Below are positions 49,143 to 61,639 of a stretch of 64,000 nt of DNA, piece after piece. A program made the translations under genes and the position numbers. Position 1 is the first letter of the stretch; the number at the start of each line of letters is the position of its first letter. Below the pieces are notes generated by a model that was not told the DNA's origin, did no database searches, and saw only the letters and a program-made list of their open reading frames with translations. The stretch comes from Paecilomyces variotii (taxonomy: Eukaryota): assembly GCA_004022145.1 (NCBI GenBank), contig RCNU01000006.1. One strand, 5' to 3'.

Positions 49143-49825
49143 CAGATGTTTAGAACGTACTGAGTTAGGTGTCAGGACTCTAGAAGGATAATGTATTGTA
49201 TTCATAGTAATAATAACAATACACGACACTATCAAATTGCTCCATTGCTGCTCTCCACTTGATACTTACCACCAGTTAACGCTGTTAGATAGGATAGGAT
49301 AGGAATCCGCTAATTATAGGTCGTACCTTTTCGAGATATGAATTAGCCATCATAAATCTCCCCACCTCAAAAGAGGTATCTGTTTAAAAAGATAGCACAA
49401 GAAAAGAAAAAAAAATCCAATAATCAGATTCTGCTTAATCAACTTTCTTATATTAACGCGCTCAGTGCAATTTTTTATTGCATCACGAGAGTAGTCTCCT
49501 CATTGGAACGAAATGATTTTCTTTCTCTCTCTCTTTTTTTTTATCGGCATAAGTCCCGAGTATATTCATTTACTATTATCGAGGACCTTTCCGGATATAA
49601 AAAAAAAATCAAGACTAAATTAGAAATCCACACTGACCTGTATTATTACTAACTTGTAGAAGTAGATAACTAGTGCAAGAGATAGGATAGGATAACTAGG
49701 CCAAGCTAAAAATTTTAGTTAGGTTGAGATCCTGATTTCCTATGTCTTTCGTTTTCTTGCACTGGATGGAATAAAGTTGGTAGTGGAGATGGGGGGGATG
49801 CGATAAGACCCATTTTCTACCGGTA

Positions 49826-49868
49826 GCGTTTGCGTTTGCGTTTGCGTGTGGTGTGTGTGTGTGTGTGT
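49826..49868. repeat. Compound microsatellite (GCGTTT)3 + (GT)9
   Basis: Visible tandem arrays. Confidence 0.85.
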
Positions 49869-51418
49869 ATGCACGTTCTTTTAATGTAGATAGGTATGGA
49901 GTGTGGTTCTGTTTTCTGTTAGGACTAACTGGGTAGGTAATTGTCGCAGAAGGTGGTTATGCTGTATTGAAACATGTCCAGCTGGATAATGCTGCAGAGG
50001 AAATAAGAAGAGAAAAATGGTTGGGAATAAATCTGATGAGATTTCCACTCTATTATCAAAGCAGGTTAAATGTCGAGGTCATGGTGCACCAAGTTTGACA
50101 TCACGCGGACGGTGCGGGGTTTAAGCGTTTTGGAGTATTAAAGTCAGTAGGTATCAGTATCATTATTGCATGGCTCTTTAGTTGATAATTATTAAGCTCT
50201 TGTTTCCTTGGCTGTGGCTGCCTTGGTGTGAAACCGGACTGGGAACTAAGAAGTAGGGTTACCCAGGTAGGATTATGCATATTATTTACCTGCATACAGG
50301 ATGTGTGAGGTGGGAGAATGCGACAGGAACTAGGTAGGTAGTTAACTAGTTAGTTGGTTAGCAGAGTAATTTATTACTAAGTATGATCAGAATCTATGAT
50401 ATTCTGTGATGTGGGAAATAGCGATGTGTAATTATAGAATAGAGTATGTTTATGCCAAATTGTGGAAGAATAATAATATGCTGTTAGTTAACTATGTTAT
50501 GTTCCGCCGTTTAACTAAGGAATTGGTACTCTAAGACAGAAAAGCTTGGTATTGTTAAAAAGTCCCGAGACAGGATATCTATTTTGGGATAAACATCGAT
50601 CGACGTCGACCAGGTCTTAACTGTCTTGGTCATCAAACGCACGGATTGCGTGCTGATAAGCGGCTGATCGTATTCAATTAATTAGCCAGAGCGATGGCAA
50701 GGCTGCGAAGGTAGTCAGGTCAGGTCAGGTCAGGATCTAACGGGGTTCTTGAGTCTTGAGAACTCTCATTATTAACTAACTCATAACTGGTTAATGTAGT
50801 CAACTGAGGGTGGTGTGTAGAATAATAATAATAGTACAGATGATAAGCCTGAATTGAATAATATAGACATAATAATAATAAATCCCTTGAAACCCTCGAT
50901 CGAGTCCAGACCGCGCGCGGAGATGCCGCCCAGGCCAACTTCATCCATCCAGCTTCCCGTCTCCGGAGGCCGGCCGCGAGTAACTAGAACAAGATCGTCC
51001 ATCTTCCCATCTTCCTGCTTTCTTCTTCTTCTTTTTCTTCTTCTTTTCCCTTCTTTTCTAGTTTATTCTCTTATATCTTGCCAGCAAGACATTCTCTGCT
51101 CCTCCTCCCCCGCCCTGCTCGCGCATTCCGACCGAATCCCACCTGTCGCTCGTTCTTCTCACGGAAAAGGCTCTTCTGCCCTGTGCTCAGCCGCCAATCG
51201 CCGCCGTCGGTCGCTTCGCTGCTTTACCGCGCCTTCTCCCTCTCTCTCTCTCCTTTAGACGGCAGACGGCGAAAGTTGAAAGTCTTCACGACGGCCCCCT
51301 CTTCCCTCAGGTCAACCCCCTTACGTCGCCTTACGACTGCAGTTACTACTCCGTCCGATCCCGCCAGTTCGACCCGTCAAGCATTGGCGCTGGATGAGTG
51401 TTCTCCCCGCCTCCTCCA

Positions 51419-54400
51419 ATGCACAGACGCTCGTCTGGCTCTCCGGTCGAAGACGGCGTTGAAGACACTCCGGTCTCGCGAACGTCGACAGAGGATGGCC
51501 ATGGAGCAAACGGCTACGAAACACCAGAGAAGTCGCGGTCGCAGGTAGCCAGAAGGGCCCCCAGCATCGATCTCCGTCGAGACAACGCCGTCTCGACCCC
51601 CCGATCCCGTACCTCCAGCGCGTGGAGGAACCCGCCAACGCCCTCGTCGCAACAACCCGCGACCACCGATCCCAAAACGCCGGCCATGATGCCATTGGGT
51701 GCTCAGCGGTTCACCATGGAGGCATCGCCAGAGGCTCGACGGGTTCGCCAGGCGCGATGGCGCAGCCCATGGGCATTGTCGATCGGGACGCTGTTTGTGA
51801 CCTTTCTGGGGATGATCTCGCTGTTGTGGATCGTACGCTCGTTTATGACACGCCAGGCTGGCGCCGATGGGTGTGATGTACCCATGATGAGTCCCACGTT
51901 CATCAAGATGCTTGGGTTTGATACGGAGCACACACGGTTCGCGAGCAAATACAATTTATACCTCTATCGGGAAGAAGGGGTGGATGCATATAGTCAGGAA
52001 AACATCGGGGTATGGATCTCTCTCAAGGGAAAAATTTTGATTGTTTGGTGATATTCTTTTCTTGGGGCGTCAAATGCTGATGGTAGATTGCAGCTCAATG
52101 GAGCACCCGTTCTTTTCCTTCCTGGAAATGCCGGAAGTTACAGGCAAGTCCGATCACTGGCCGCAGAAGCCTCGAGACACTATTTCGACGTCGTCCGACA
52201 TGACGACGAACGTCTCAAGTCGGGAACGCGGAGCTTGGATTTCTTCATGATTGATTTCAACGAAGATATGGCAGCGTTCCACGGCCAGACCCTTCTCGAC
52301 CAGGCTGAATATGTGAACGAAGCGGTGGCCTATATTCTGTCGCTCTACCATGACCCCCGGCGGTCCCGACGAGACCCTGATCTGCCCGATCCGAGCTCGG
52401 TTATACTCATTGGACACTCGATGGGGGGGATTGTCGCCAGGACGGCGCTGACTATGGCCAATTATCAGGCGAATTCGGTCAACACTATCATCACCATGTC
52501 TACGCCCCATGCGAAACCGCCAGTTTCTTTTGACTCAGACGTGGTGCAGACGTATAAGCAGATCAACGACTACTGGAGGGAAGCTTATTCTCAGACATGG
52601 GCCAACAACAACCCTCTTTGGCATGTGACACTCATCTCCATCGCCGGTGGTGGTCGCGACACGATTGTTCCGTCGGATTATGCCAGTCTCTCATCGCTAG
52701 TTCCTGAGACCCACGGTTTCACCGTGTTCACCTCCACGATACCCGATGTCTGGATTGGCATGGATCATCTGTCCATTACATGGTGTGACCAGTTCCGCAA
52801 AGCGATAATCAAATCTCTCTTCGACATCATCGATGTCCGCCGTTCCAGTCAGACAAAGCCCCGAGCAGAGAGAATGAGAATTCTGAAGAAGTGGTATCTG
52901 ACTGGACTGGAGCCGGTTGCTGAAAGGAGTCTGCCACGCAAAGAGCCGAATACACTGTTGACCCTGGAAGCCAATACCAACTCAATCCTGTCGCAGGGTG
53001 AAAGGCTCGTCCTCCGTAGTTTTGGACGCCGGAAGGAGCCCGAAGCACATTTGCTGCCCGTACCGCCTCAAGGAGTTCCGGGGAAGAAATTCACCCTTCT
53101 CACAGATCAGACGCTTGATAAAACCGGTGGTAACGGCAACCTCGAAGTTTTGTTCTGCACGGTGTTCCCACTTCAAGGTGGCAACTCTGCGGCTGTTTTC
53201 TCAATGAACATGGATCTGTCTGGAGGTAGCGCGGGTTCTACTCGCCTAGCCTGCAAGAATGCAGCCGAGGATAGAATACATCTGCCAGCGTCAACCCGTG
53301 AATCTAAGTACCCCTTTGATCGAACTCGCCCATTCTCCTATCTTCAATATGACCTGGAAGATCTGGCGGAGCATCAATTTGTCGCAGTAGTCGACAAGGC
53401 CAATTCGCCAACGGGCGGTTGGGTCGTGGCGGAATTCTCGGACAGCTCTGATTCCTTGATCCAGACCAAGGTTGGCCTGGGCCGTCTCCTCAGCGCTGGT
53501 CTGAATGTAAGATTGCCCGCAAACCGCCCAATGTTGACGGAGATCAAGATTCCTTCCTTGCACTCGAGTCTGCTTGCGTACAAACTCAGTGTGAAGAACC
53601 ATGGCTGTGGTGACAGGCACGAGCTTTTCACCCCGTTACTGCGTCAATCCATTCCAGAACCGAACGAGTCCAAGTTTTTTGTCAATGTGAAGGATGTCAA
53701 TGTTAACCTGCATGGCATTGCGCCATTCATGCCCCCGCCTCTCCGTGAACAGTCTACCTTGGGTGGTATTTCCTTCCAGCTCTGGTCGGATCCGACCTGC
53801 GGTTCCCCGGTCAAAGTCTCATTGAAAGTGGATCTCTCCGGTAGTCTTGGAGAGCTCGTGATGCGTTATAGAACGGTTTTCGCTGCGTTCCCGCTACTGG
53901 TTGTCGCGATTGTCCTGCGAAAGCAGTTCCAGGTATACGATGAAACGGGCTATTTCATTACTTTTTTGGAAAGCTTGAGCTTGTCTCTCCGGTCATCTTT
54001 GCCTCTTCTGATGCTGGCGCTGTCGTTTTTCGCGTCGTCCCTGGCTACGTCGAGAAGACTGCCGCCGAATGATGACCCCTTTCACTGGCGGACGAACGCC
54101 ACCGAATCGGCAATCGACTTCACGAAGAATGACCTGCTGCTAGGCTCTCAAGATGCCTTCTTTTGGTTCCTGGTCCCGCTTTTCGTGCTGATCAGTATTG
54201 GAATCTGCGTTGTCCTCAACTATATCGTCCTGTTTCTACTCGCCATATTTTCTTTCCTATACGGTCTTTTCCGAAGCAGATCGGGTTACATCCGACGGGA
54301 TGACAAGGGGTACGTTAGAATATACTGAAGAAGCGGAATCTCGATTGCTAACTGTTGTTGTACCAGGAACTTACCGATATTTTCAGCTCCTACCCCTAGA

Positions 54401-55099
54401 AGGAGGATCATCAACACTGCCATTCTGCTGTTCCTTGTTTCAACTGTGATTCCATATCAGTTCGCCTATATGGTTGCATGTATTGTGCAACTAGCAACCA
54501 CCGTGCGCGCGATGTGGCACGCAAAAGAAACGGTATTACCTCTTATGTCAAGCTCTCCAAACTTTACTGACCATTATGCAGAAATCGACCGCCCATTCCA
54601 ACTTTTTTAATTATGCTCATTCAATTCTCATCCTCATGTTGTGGATCCTGCCCATCAACGTTCTTGTCCTCCTTGTATGGGTACATAACTTGTTGGTGCA
54701 CTGGTTCACACCGTTCTCATCGCATCATAATGTTCTATCAATAATGCCATTTATCCTCCTTGTGGAGACCATGACGACCGGGACTATGATTCCCCGGGTT
54801 ACTACACGGTAAGTTCACTTGGGTGGAGTGATACAGAATTCGGGCCTAACAAACCTTCCAGATTTAAGCATCTTACTTCTGTCCTTTTCTTCTCCCTTGC
54901 CGTTTACTCCGCTATATATGGTGTTTCATATGCTTACCTTCTTCACCACATCGCCAACATTGTCGCCACATGGTTAGTTGGCATCTACTTTTTCGGCAGC
55001 GGTCTCTCCCTAGGGTCACTGTATCGCATCCTCGAGGGAGAAGATATTGGGACTGCTGTCTCGGAAGCCGGTGGAAGTCATGTGAAGAAGAAGCCTTGA
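51419..55099 (+). CDS. bst1: GPI inositol-deacylase (PGAP1 family); exons 51419-52009, 52094-54309, 54367-54532, 54582-54808, 54862-55099
   Basis: MHRRSSGSPVED start, an N-terminal TM, ASKYNLYLYRE, PVLFLPGNAGSYRQVRS, the lipase motif IGHSMGG, MDHLSITWC, a multi-TM C-terminus and a KKKP dilysine-like end. Confidence 0.96.
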
Positions 55100-56406
55100 G
55101 TCTTCTGCATGTGTTTAGTTTTCTTGTTTACTATTAATACCGCCTGCATCGTCTGGCGGCTTGCTGTTCTTTTTTCGATCATTTCCCCGGAGTAATGTGT
55201 TTCTGGGGCGCATGCCCCTTTTTGGCCTTCAACGGTCGGTCAATACTGTACAGCACGATGATTATATCAGCGTTAGCATGGCACGGCGAGCTGTTTCGGT
55301 TTGCCTTTTAAGATTCTTTTTTTGCATTTTCTTTTCTCTGGCTAGATACATCGATACATCTGGCCGTTGGTTCTTGCCGCTTCCTTTTCCAGGTTAGATT
55401 CCTATGCCAACTGGCTAAGTGCGGGTCGGCTCCTCTCCACCACCTACCCGCAGCTATGCTGGACCAACAGCTTCTCTGTCTCTTGCCATATACCGATTAC
55501 CATTGACCGTCGTCCTGTCGGGCGGGATGTGCATGTTCATTTTTCTTTTCCTTTCTCGATTGAGGCGAGGGCGGTGGAGTTGGGACGTATACAGATCTAA
55601 ATACAGTTTGGCGGATGAATCGAAGGGAGTGAATCGTATCGTTTACCATGGTAGAAACGCTCAGTTGGAGTAATCATTGTCCTGTATTATCCTGTATTAA
55701 CGACGGCTGATCTGAGGACTTTGTCCAAGGGAGAATCAACACGATTGAAAACCGTGCACGAACAAGCCGTTCCTGTAGAGATAAAAGTCTTTCTTGGATA
55801 AAATGGAGATTGTACAGTATATTCTGATTAATAGACTAGATCTAGAGTCTTGATCCCTCCCTCCTCAAGAGATCCACTCCCTCACATCAGCCCTGCTGAC
55901 CGTATATCACACCGGCGGGCTCTCGACCCTTCCTGCACGGATGTTATTCCTCTATCCTTAAACCCTTTTTCTGCTTTCCCTGGGTGGTGATAATTTCCCC
56001 TGTTCCAGGTAATAGACTCGGTCTGATGATAATCACGTCGATCCGTTGGTGTTGGGACGAGGCCTGGTCTGTGGAGGATATAGTTGTGAGAAGAGCGGTT
56101 TTTCGTGATGTTTGTGTAACTAACTAACTAGTCGATGTATGTATGTATATTTATCGAAGAGCAGAGGGAGGAGCTCTTGTATGTACTACTCGATTCGGTG
56201 GACTCATTCTTTCTCTTCATAAGTTATGGATCATGGAATGTTTCCGAGTAAGCATTCTGGATCGCGGCGGAGGGATAATACAATGATCGATTCAGCTGAG
56301 AGGCTTGAATGTCATTATACCAGGGCTAGAAGAAGCAGGATGATCGCATAATGGAGGTTCAGACACGCTCCAGGAAGGAAAGAGAGCCAACTCATAATTT
56401 TACCTT

Positions 56407-58480
56407 TTACGCATTCAGAGGACCGACTTTCACATCGCCTCGACGCTTCAATTCTTCAAACTCTTGCTTCTCCGCCGCGAGACGTTTCTGTCGTCGCTGC
56501 TTCGCCTGCACCGCTGCCATCCGCTTTTTCAAGCCGAATTTCAGCTTCGTGATCATATCAGCCGCTTGACCTCGCGTGAGGTCTTCGGATCGAAATGGCT
56601 CTTCGTGAACGCGCCGTTTATTCAGCATGGCAAGTTGGCTAGGAGTCGCGGGTGCGCTCCTCCAACGTTGGTGAGTGGAGATAAACGACGTGTCGAAGAT
56701 ACCGCTAGCGTAAGTGTCGGCTGCACGAACGGCCTGGTCCAGATCAGGTGCGCTGGCAACCTGGCGTGGACGCGTGTAGACGGTTGCTTCGGTCTCGTCG
56801 TGGGTGAATTTTGTGACATGTCGCACGGCAAATAGGTCTGATCCCTCGTCCTTCTCGATGGTGAGCCATCCAGATCGGTCAACGAGGACATAGCGAGCTT
56901 GATCTACCCGTACCCATGAATTGGGTGAGATGGACCGGATGTGTCTTTCACGGTGGACATCACCGAGCAGGTCGAAGATACTGTCGTACTTCGTAAAGGT
57001 GATATTGACTTCGTCCTCGTTAGGCAGGCCCTCGCCTTGCGACGCAGGCTCGGATTCGAGAGCTGCGGCGCTCTCAGATAGCTCTCTCGCATTCACCTTC
57101 TCGAGCACCTTGTCCGGGTCAAGGCCGAACAGTGTAGGCGTTGAGAGCACTCCAGCACGCAAAGAGGCAACCATGTCGATAATGTGACAGTCTTTCTTGC
57201 CCGGATACAATCGAAGGCCCCTTCCAATCATCTGGATCAGGAGATTCTTCGACCGTGTAGGCCGCGCAAGAAGAACGCAATCGATGTTTGGGATATCAGT
57301 TCCCTCGGTAAACAGACCGCAATTCAGCAGAACCGGATATTCTTGGTTTTTGAACGCGAGCAGTTGTTCGGATCGGACGTCCTTCGGAGTAGAGCTGGTA
57401 ATGTATCGAGCATCAATCCCATGCTCGCGAAAGGTTGCGGTGAGCTGCCGGGCATGCTCGATGTCGACACAGAACACTAGTGTTGATTTCCGGTCACTGG
57501 CGTTCGAGAGCCATGCGCGCACAGTTATATTGTTGGTTTGTTCTGTATTGACTGCCTCGGAAAGTTGGCCGACAGCAAAGTCTCCGAATTTGTCCTTCCG
57601 GACGCCAGACAGGTCGGCCTCTGACTTTACAGTTGTGAACACCGCATCTGCCAACCACTGTTCCCCGATCATGTCGACGTAGTCTTTATGGTAGACAATA
57701 TGGTCGATCGCGGCGCCTAGCTTCAGCCCGTCGAATCGAGAAAATGTCGCAGAGACACCCACCAGAATAGGCGACTCCTCAGACGCTTTATCCAATCCGA
57801 AATGCTCCAGCGCCTCACGGTAGGATCGCGCCACGATATGGTGTGCCTCATCGACGAGCACCAGCTTGAAACGATCGGGATTGAACTTCTCTATGCGACC
57901 TCTCGATACGAGACTCTGTATAGAGGCGATTGTGATATCGGCAGCTCCTGAAGCTTTATTATTTCCCATTTCGATCTCGACAGTTCGGTCTGGATACGCA
58001 AGTCGGCAATGACGCGCTGCCTGCTCAACGAGCTCTTTTCGGTGAACTATGATCAATGTCTGGGTTGCATGTCTGGTACGAGGAGGTATACGGCCGATCA
58101 ACTGTGTAAAGATGACCTATAGTACAGAAGCTGATTAGTTCCTGGACAGCAGAACATGTATACTATCGACAGCTTCTACCAACCGTCTTTCCTGCGCCAG
58201 TTGCTAGAGATATACCCAGTCGTTTGTGACCATCGCTGACGTATTTCAGCACGGACTGAATGCATTCTTCCTGGTACTGTCGGAGACGAATACCTCCCGA
58301 CAGCGGTGGATCGCTAGAAGGGGCATCGCTAGAAGGCCGCGGCGGACTGGATCTTGTAGAGCTTGTAGAGTTTAGACGTCTATCCCAAGGAAGTGGTAGA
58401 ACAGCTCTCTGAAAGGCAGGGCGGCGCAACGACCATCGTAGGACCCGGAACATTCTCCATCCTCCCAGGAAAGACTCCAT
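56407..58480 (-). CDS. irc3: Mitochondrial SF2 DEAH-box DNA helicase Irc3-like; intron 58183-58117 (start may be 58453)
   Basis: [30 protein letters not shown] and QMIGRGLR motifs, plus an Arg-rich presequence-like N-terminus. Confidence 0.9.
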
Positions 58481-58818
58481 GCGAGTGTTCCAAGATCAAC
58501 GCGATGTGGCTGTCCAAGAAATTATTAACCTCCCATTGTCTAATCTAAGACTTCTTTTTGACGACGATCTGCGGCGAAATGGCGGAGCTCCGGCAGACAA
58601 ACAGCGCAAACACATTTCTGTCAATCTTTTGGGAATTCTTTGATGCGGACATGATTATTTCGCTACCACCACATCATACCAACTTTCTGAGTGCCGATGT
58701 TTCTGATTCTGCTGTTGTTCACATAACCACATATTCGGTGTGATGTTTCCCCAATTCCTCCCAGATCCCCCAGGTCTTCGGCGTGTAGCACGCTCGGGCC
58801 TCGCCCAGCATCAACATC

Positions 58819-60945
58819 ATGAGCACTACAAGTCTTTACGAACCAGATGAAGATGAAGAAGCTTCGGACTCGGATGTTGACAGCAGAGCCCCGCGACAGG
58901 GATTTCCGGCGTCTTCCCCGCCGCTGCAGGGGTTAAGGATCGAGTCGTCAGATGAATCTGGAGGAGAGAATCGCAAAACAAGACGGCGCTCGAGGTCTTC
59001 CAAAGGACTGCGATACAACGCCCATCGAAGTCGCCGGAGAGGGTTTACAAAAGAGGCCATCGAATCGTACCGTCATATGCTGACGGATATGATCAATGAT
59101 GTCTCCACAGGACCTAAGTTCGACGAAGGAGAAACACATCATCCGTCACAGAACGGAGCCGTTACCTGGTCCTCCAGCGAGAAAAATGTCTTTTTCAACG
59201 TCCTTGCTAGAAAGGGAACGGATGGTATACGAGACATTTCCAATGCCATTGGGACAAAATCTGAGCTAGAGGTACTCGACTATATCAAGCTTCTCCAGGC
59301 CGGTCTCGAGCGCCAGCATCTTCTTGAGCGTCACCCCCGGTCCATTGTCCTGGGAGATATACCAGCCGCAGCGGAAGTTAGTCCGGAATGCTGTGAAGCT
59401 CTAGATGAATTCGCTGAGATTCTTGCCTTAGAGGAACAGGCCTCGGAAGACACTTCGGGGAGGAAAAAGCACCATGATAACTGGATCATCGATCGCGAAA
59501 AGGCCGAGCAGATAGAGCAGCAGCTAGAAACCCAGAATTCCTCAGACAATCAAGCCGAATCGAGCATAGCTCTCTCTGCTAGCTTACTCAACATCAGCAA
59601 GTGGATTAAGCTGTCTGAACGCTGCTTTATGAATTTTGGAGGGTCGCGCATCGAAGACAACTGGGTAAACATAGCCTACGCGGACGAATCTCCCTCGCTC
59701 ACCAGCGATGCGTTTGCAGATTTCTACGCCCTGGCAGTGAGCATAACACGACGCCTGGTCCAGTCGTCTATTTTCTTTGCCATGTCCCGCATCCGCGACG
59801 TATCATGGAGTAATCGTGAAATATCTCGGGTCGTGAGACTCCGCGACGTCAGAGCGGCGCTAGACGTGCTGAACATGAAGTCTGATACATTTGATTTCTG
59901 GATCGGAGCTGCGCGGAGATGTAGCCTCGAAGTGGCAGATATACGACACCGTAAGGGCTGGACAACGTCCTACATGAGTTATGATGAGGTCGAAAATGCT
60001 CTATCAGGATCAGTAGCGTCTCGCGAAAGGAGCGTTTCTCGCCATCCATCTGAGAACCAGACACAAGAAATCGACGCTATGGAAGAAGAAGATGATGATG
60101 ATGAATCTTCTGCTGAGGAAATGTCAGAAGCCCTGTCTTCCCCTGGGTCTGAGCCTCGTTCAGACGAGGACGAAGAAATGGCACCTGATCCCGAAACCCT
60201 CGAAGATACCCACGCAGAGTATCTCGACGAGCAGATCAGCAAGACGGAGGAACTCCGTATCTGGCAATTGATAGGACACCACGTCCCATCTGGCCCCGAA
60301 CCACCGATCAAACTCGAAGACAGTGACCGAATGCCAAATGCCAATCTCACCGGGCCTCGAAAACCGATCGGAGAGCGCAAGAGAAAAGAAGATCTAGTCG
60401 ACTGGCGAGATCGCGTACTCTATCGAAGCGAATGGGAGGAATACGGCTACGAAATATTCGAAATCGAAGACGATCTCGATCGAAACCGGAGGAAAAGACG
60501 ACGCGTGGAAGACACGCGCGGGAGCAAATCAAGTACATTGCAAGTGCGCAAATGGCGTGAAAACATCGATCACGATAGCAGTGATCAAAACGAGCGCAAC
60601 ACAGCAGGGATGGGAGATACCACCACAGACGCGCATGAGGGCCACACCGACGAGAACGAAGACGATCAGAGCACCGATCTTAGTGACGGCGGTATGGAAT
60701 TGGATCCAGCATCTGAAGCCAGCGCTCATCATATTCTCGACGAGCATGGCCATGACCATGACCATGAACATGAACGTAAACCTGATAAAGAGGATCGCGA
60801 CGGGTCCCAAGGAAGTCATCCACCATCTAGTTCAGGTCATGGACAACCAGTGCTCGATCCTGAAGAAGGAGAAGAAGAAGAAGAGATCCGTCCTCCTTTA
60901 CATTCTGGTTCACCCGGTTCTCACGAACTTGGTGATTCTGAATGA
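58819..60945 (+). CDS. rrn5: Myb/SANT-domain protein, RNA polymerase I UAF subunit Rrn5-like; intronless
   Basis: SANT-like WSSSEKNVFFNVLARKG...IGTKSELEVLDYIKLL, IPAAAEVS, a histone-fold-like segment AVSITRRLVQSS...VRLRDVRAALDVL and an acidic disordered tail. Confidence 0.75.
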   Translation: MSTTSLYEPDEDEEASDSDVDSRAPRQGFPASSPPLQGLRIESSDESGGENRKTRRRSRSSKGLRYNAHRSRRRGFTKEAIESYRHMLTDMINDVSTGPKFDEGETHHPSQNGAVTWSSSEKNVFFNVLARKGTDGIRDISNAIGTKSELEVLDYIKLLQAGLERQHLLERHPRSIVLGDIPAAAEVSPECCEALDEFAEILALEEQASEDTSGRKKHHDNWIIDREKAEQIEQQLETQNSSDNQAESSIALSASLLNISKWIKLSERCFMNFGGSRIEDNWVNIAYADESPSLTSDAFADFYALAVSITRRLVQSSIFFAMSRIRDVSWSNREISRVVRLRDVRAALDVLNMKSDTFDFWIGAARRCSLEVADIRHRKGWTTSYMSYDEVENALSGSVASRERSVSRHPSENQTQEIDAMEEEDDDDESSAEEMSEALSSPGSEPRSDEDEEMAPDPETLEDTHAEYLDEQISKTEELRIWQLIGHHVPSGPEPPIKLEDSDRMPNANLTGPRKPIGERKRKEDLVDWRDRVLYRSEWEEYGYEIFEIEDDLDRNRRKRRRVEDTRGSKSSTLQVRKWRENIDHDSSDQNERNTAGMGDTTTDAHEGHTDENEDDQSTDLSDGGMELDPASEASAHHILDEHGHDHDHEHERKPDKEDRDGSQGSHPPSSSGHGQPVLDPEEGEEEEEIRPPLHSGSPGSHELGDSE

Positions 60946-61639
60946 TATCTCGACATCCGGGATGACCTTTCTCATATCTATGTCATCATATAGTGTGTAC
61001 CATAGTTACATGTCATGTTGTGGATATTAATTGGTTAAAAGTTATACTATCTGCTTTTTGTGGACTGAGTCAGTAAATTATAGGGCATGGGGTTAAGCAA
61101 GCTATCCAGCAATAAAGGTATATCCTCTTGAATTCTTCACCCCTGACGTCCGCCATGGACTCCTTAATCTCACAGGAAAGAATGAGAACAGTACAATTTC
61201 ACAAAGGCAAGTAATTCGATTGATAAGTTTCATTGATTTGACCTGATTTATTTGATAATAAGGAAAAATCATGCATTAGAAAACACATGTTTCACTAAAT
61301 GAAATCCTTCTCACTAAATAAGATAAAAAAGCGTTAACATAAAAAGGCTTCTTCGAAACTCCCTGGAAAATTGTGCGCCTTCCTCATAACTAACATCAAA
61401 AGTGTAAAAACAAGGGAGAAAATAGAAGACAGGCAGTAAAAGCGAGTCACACAATTTTAAAAGAAGAAAAAGAACCACCTCATCTACCCAAGTTTCTGCC
61501 ACGTCCTTGAGATTTAAAAATTTCCCTTCCGTGTCCGATTTTGCGTCTTTTTGAAGAAGTCCCTCCGTAGCTGTACACAATGCGAATTTTGCAGAAAAAA
61601 GTGCGCCCTGTTGTTGAAAGAAACACATCCCTGCTACTC

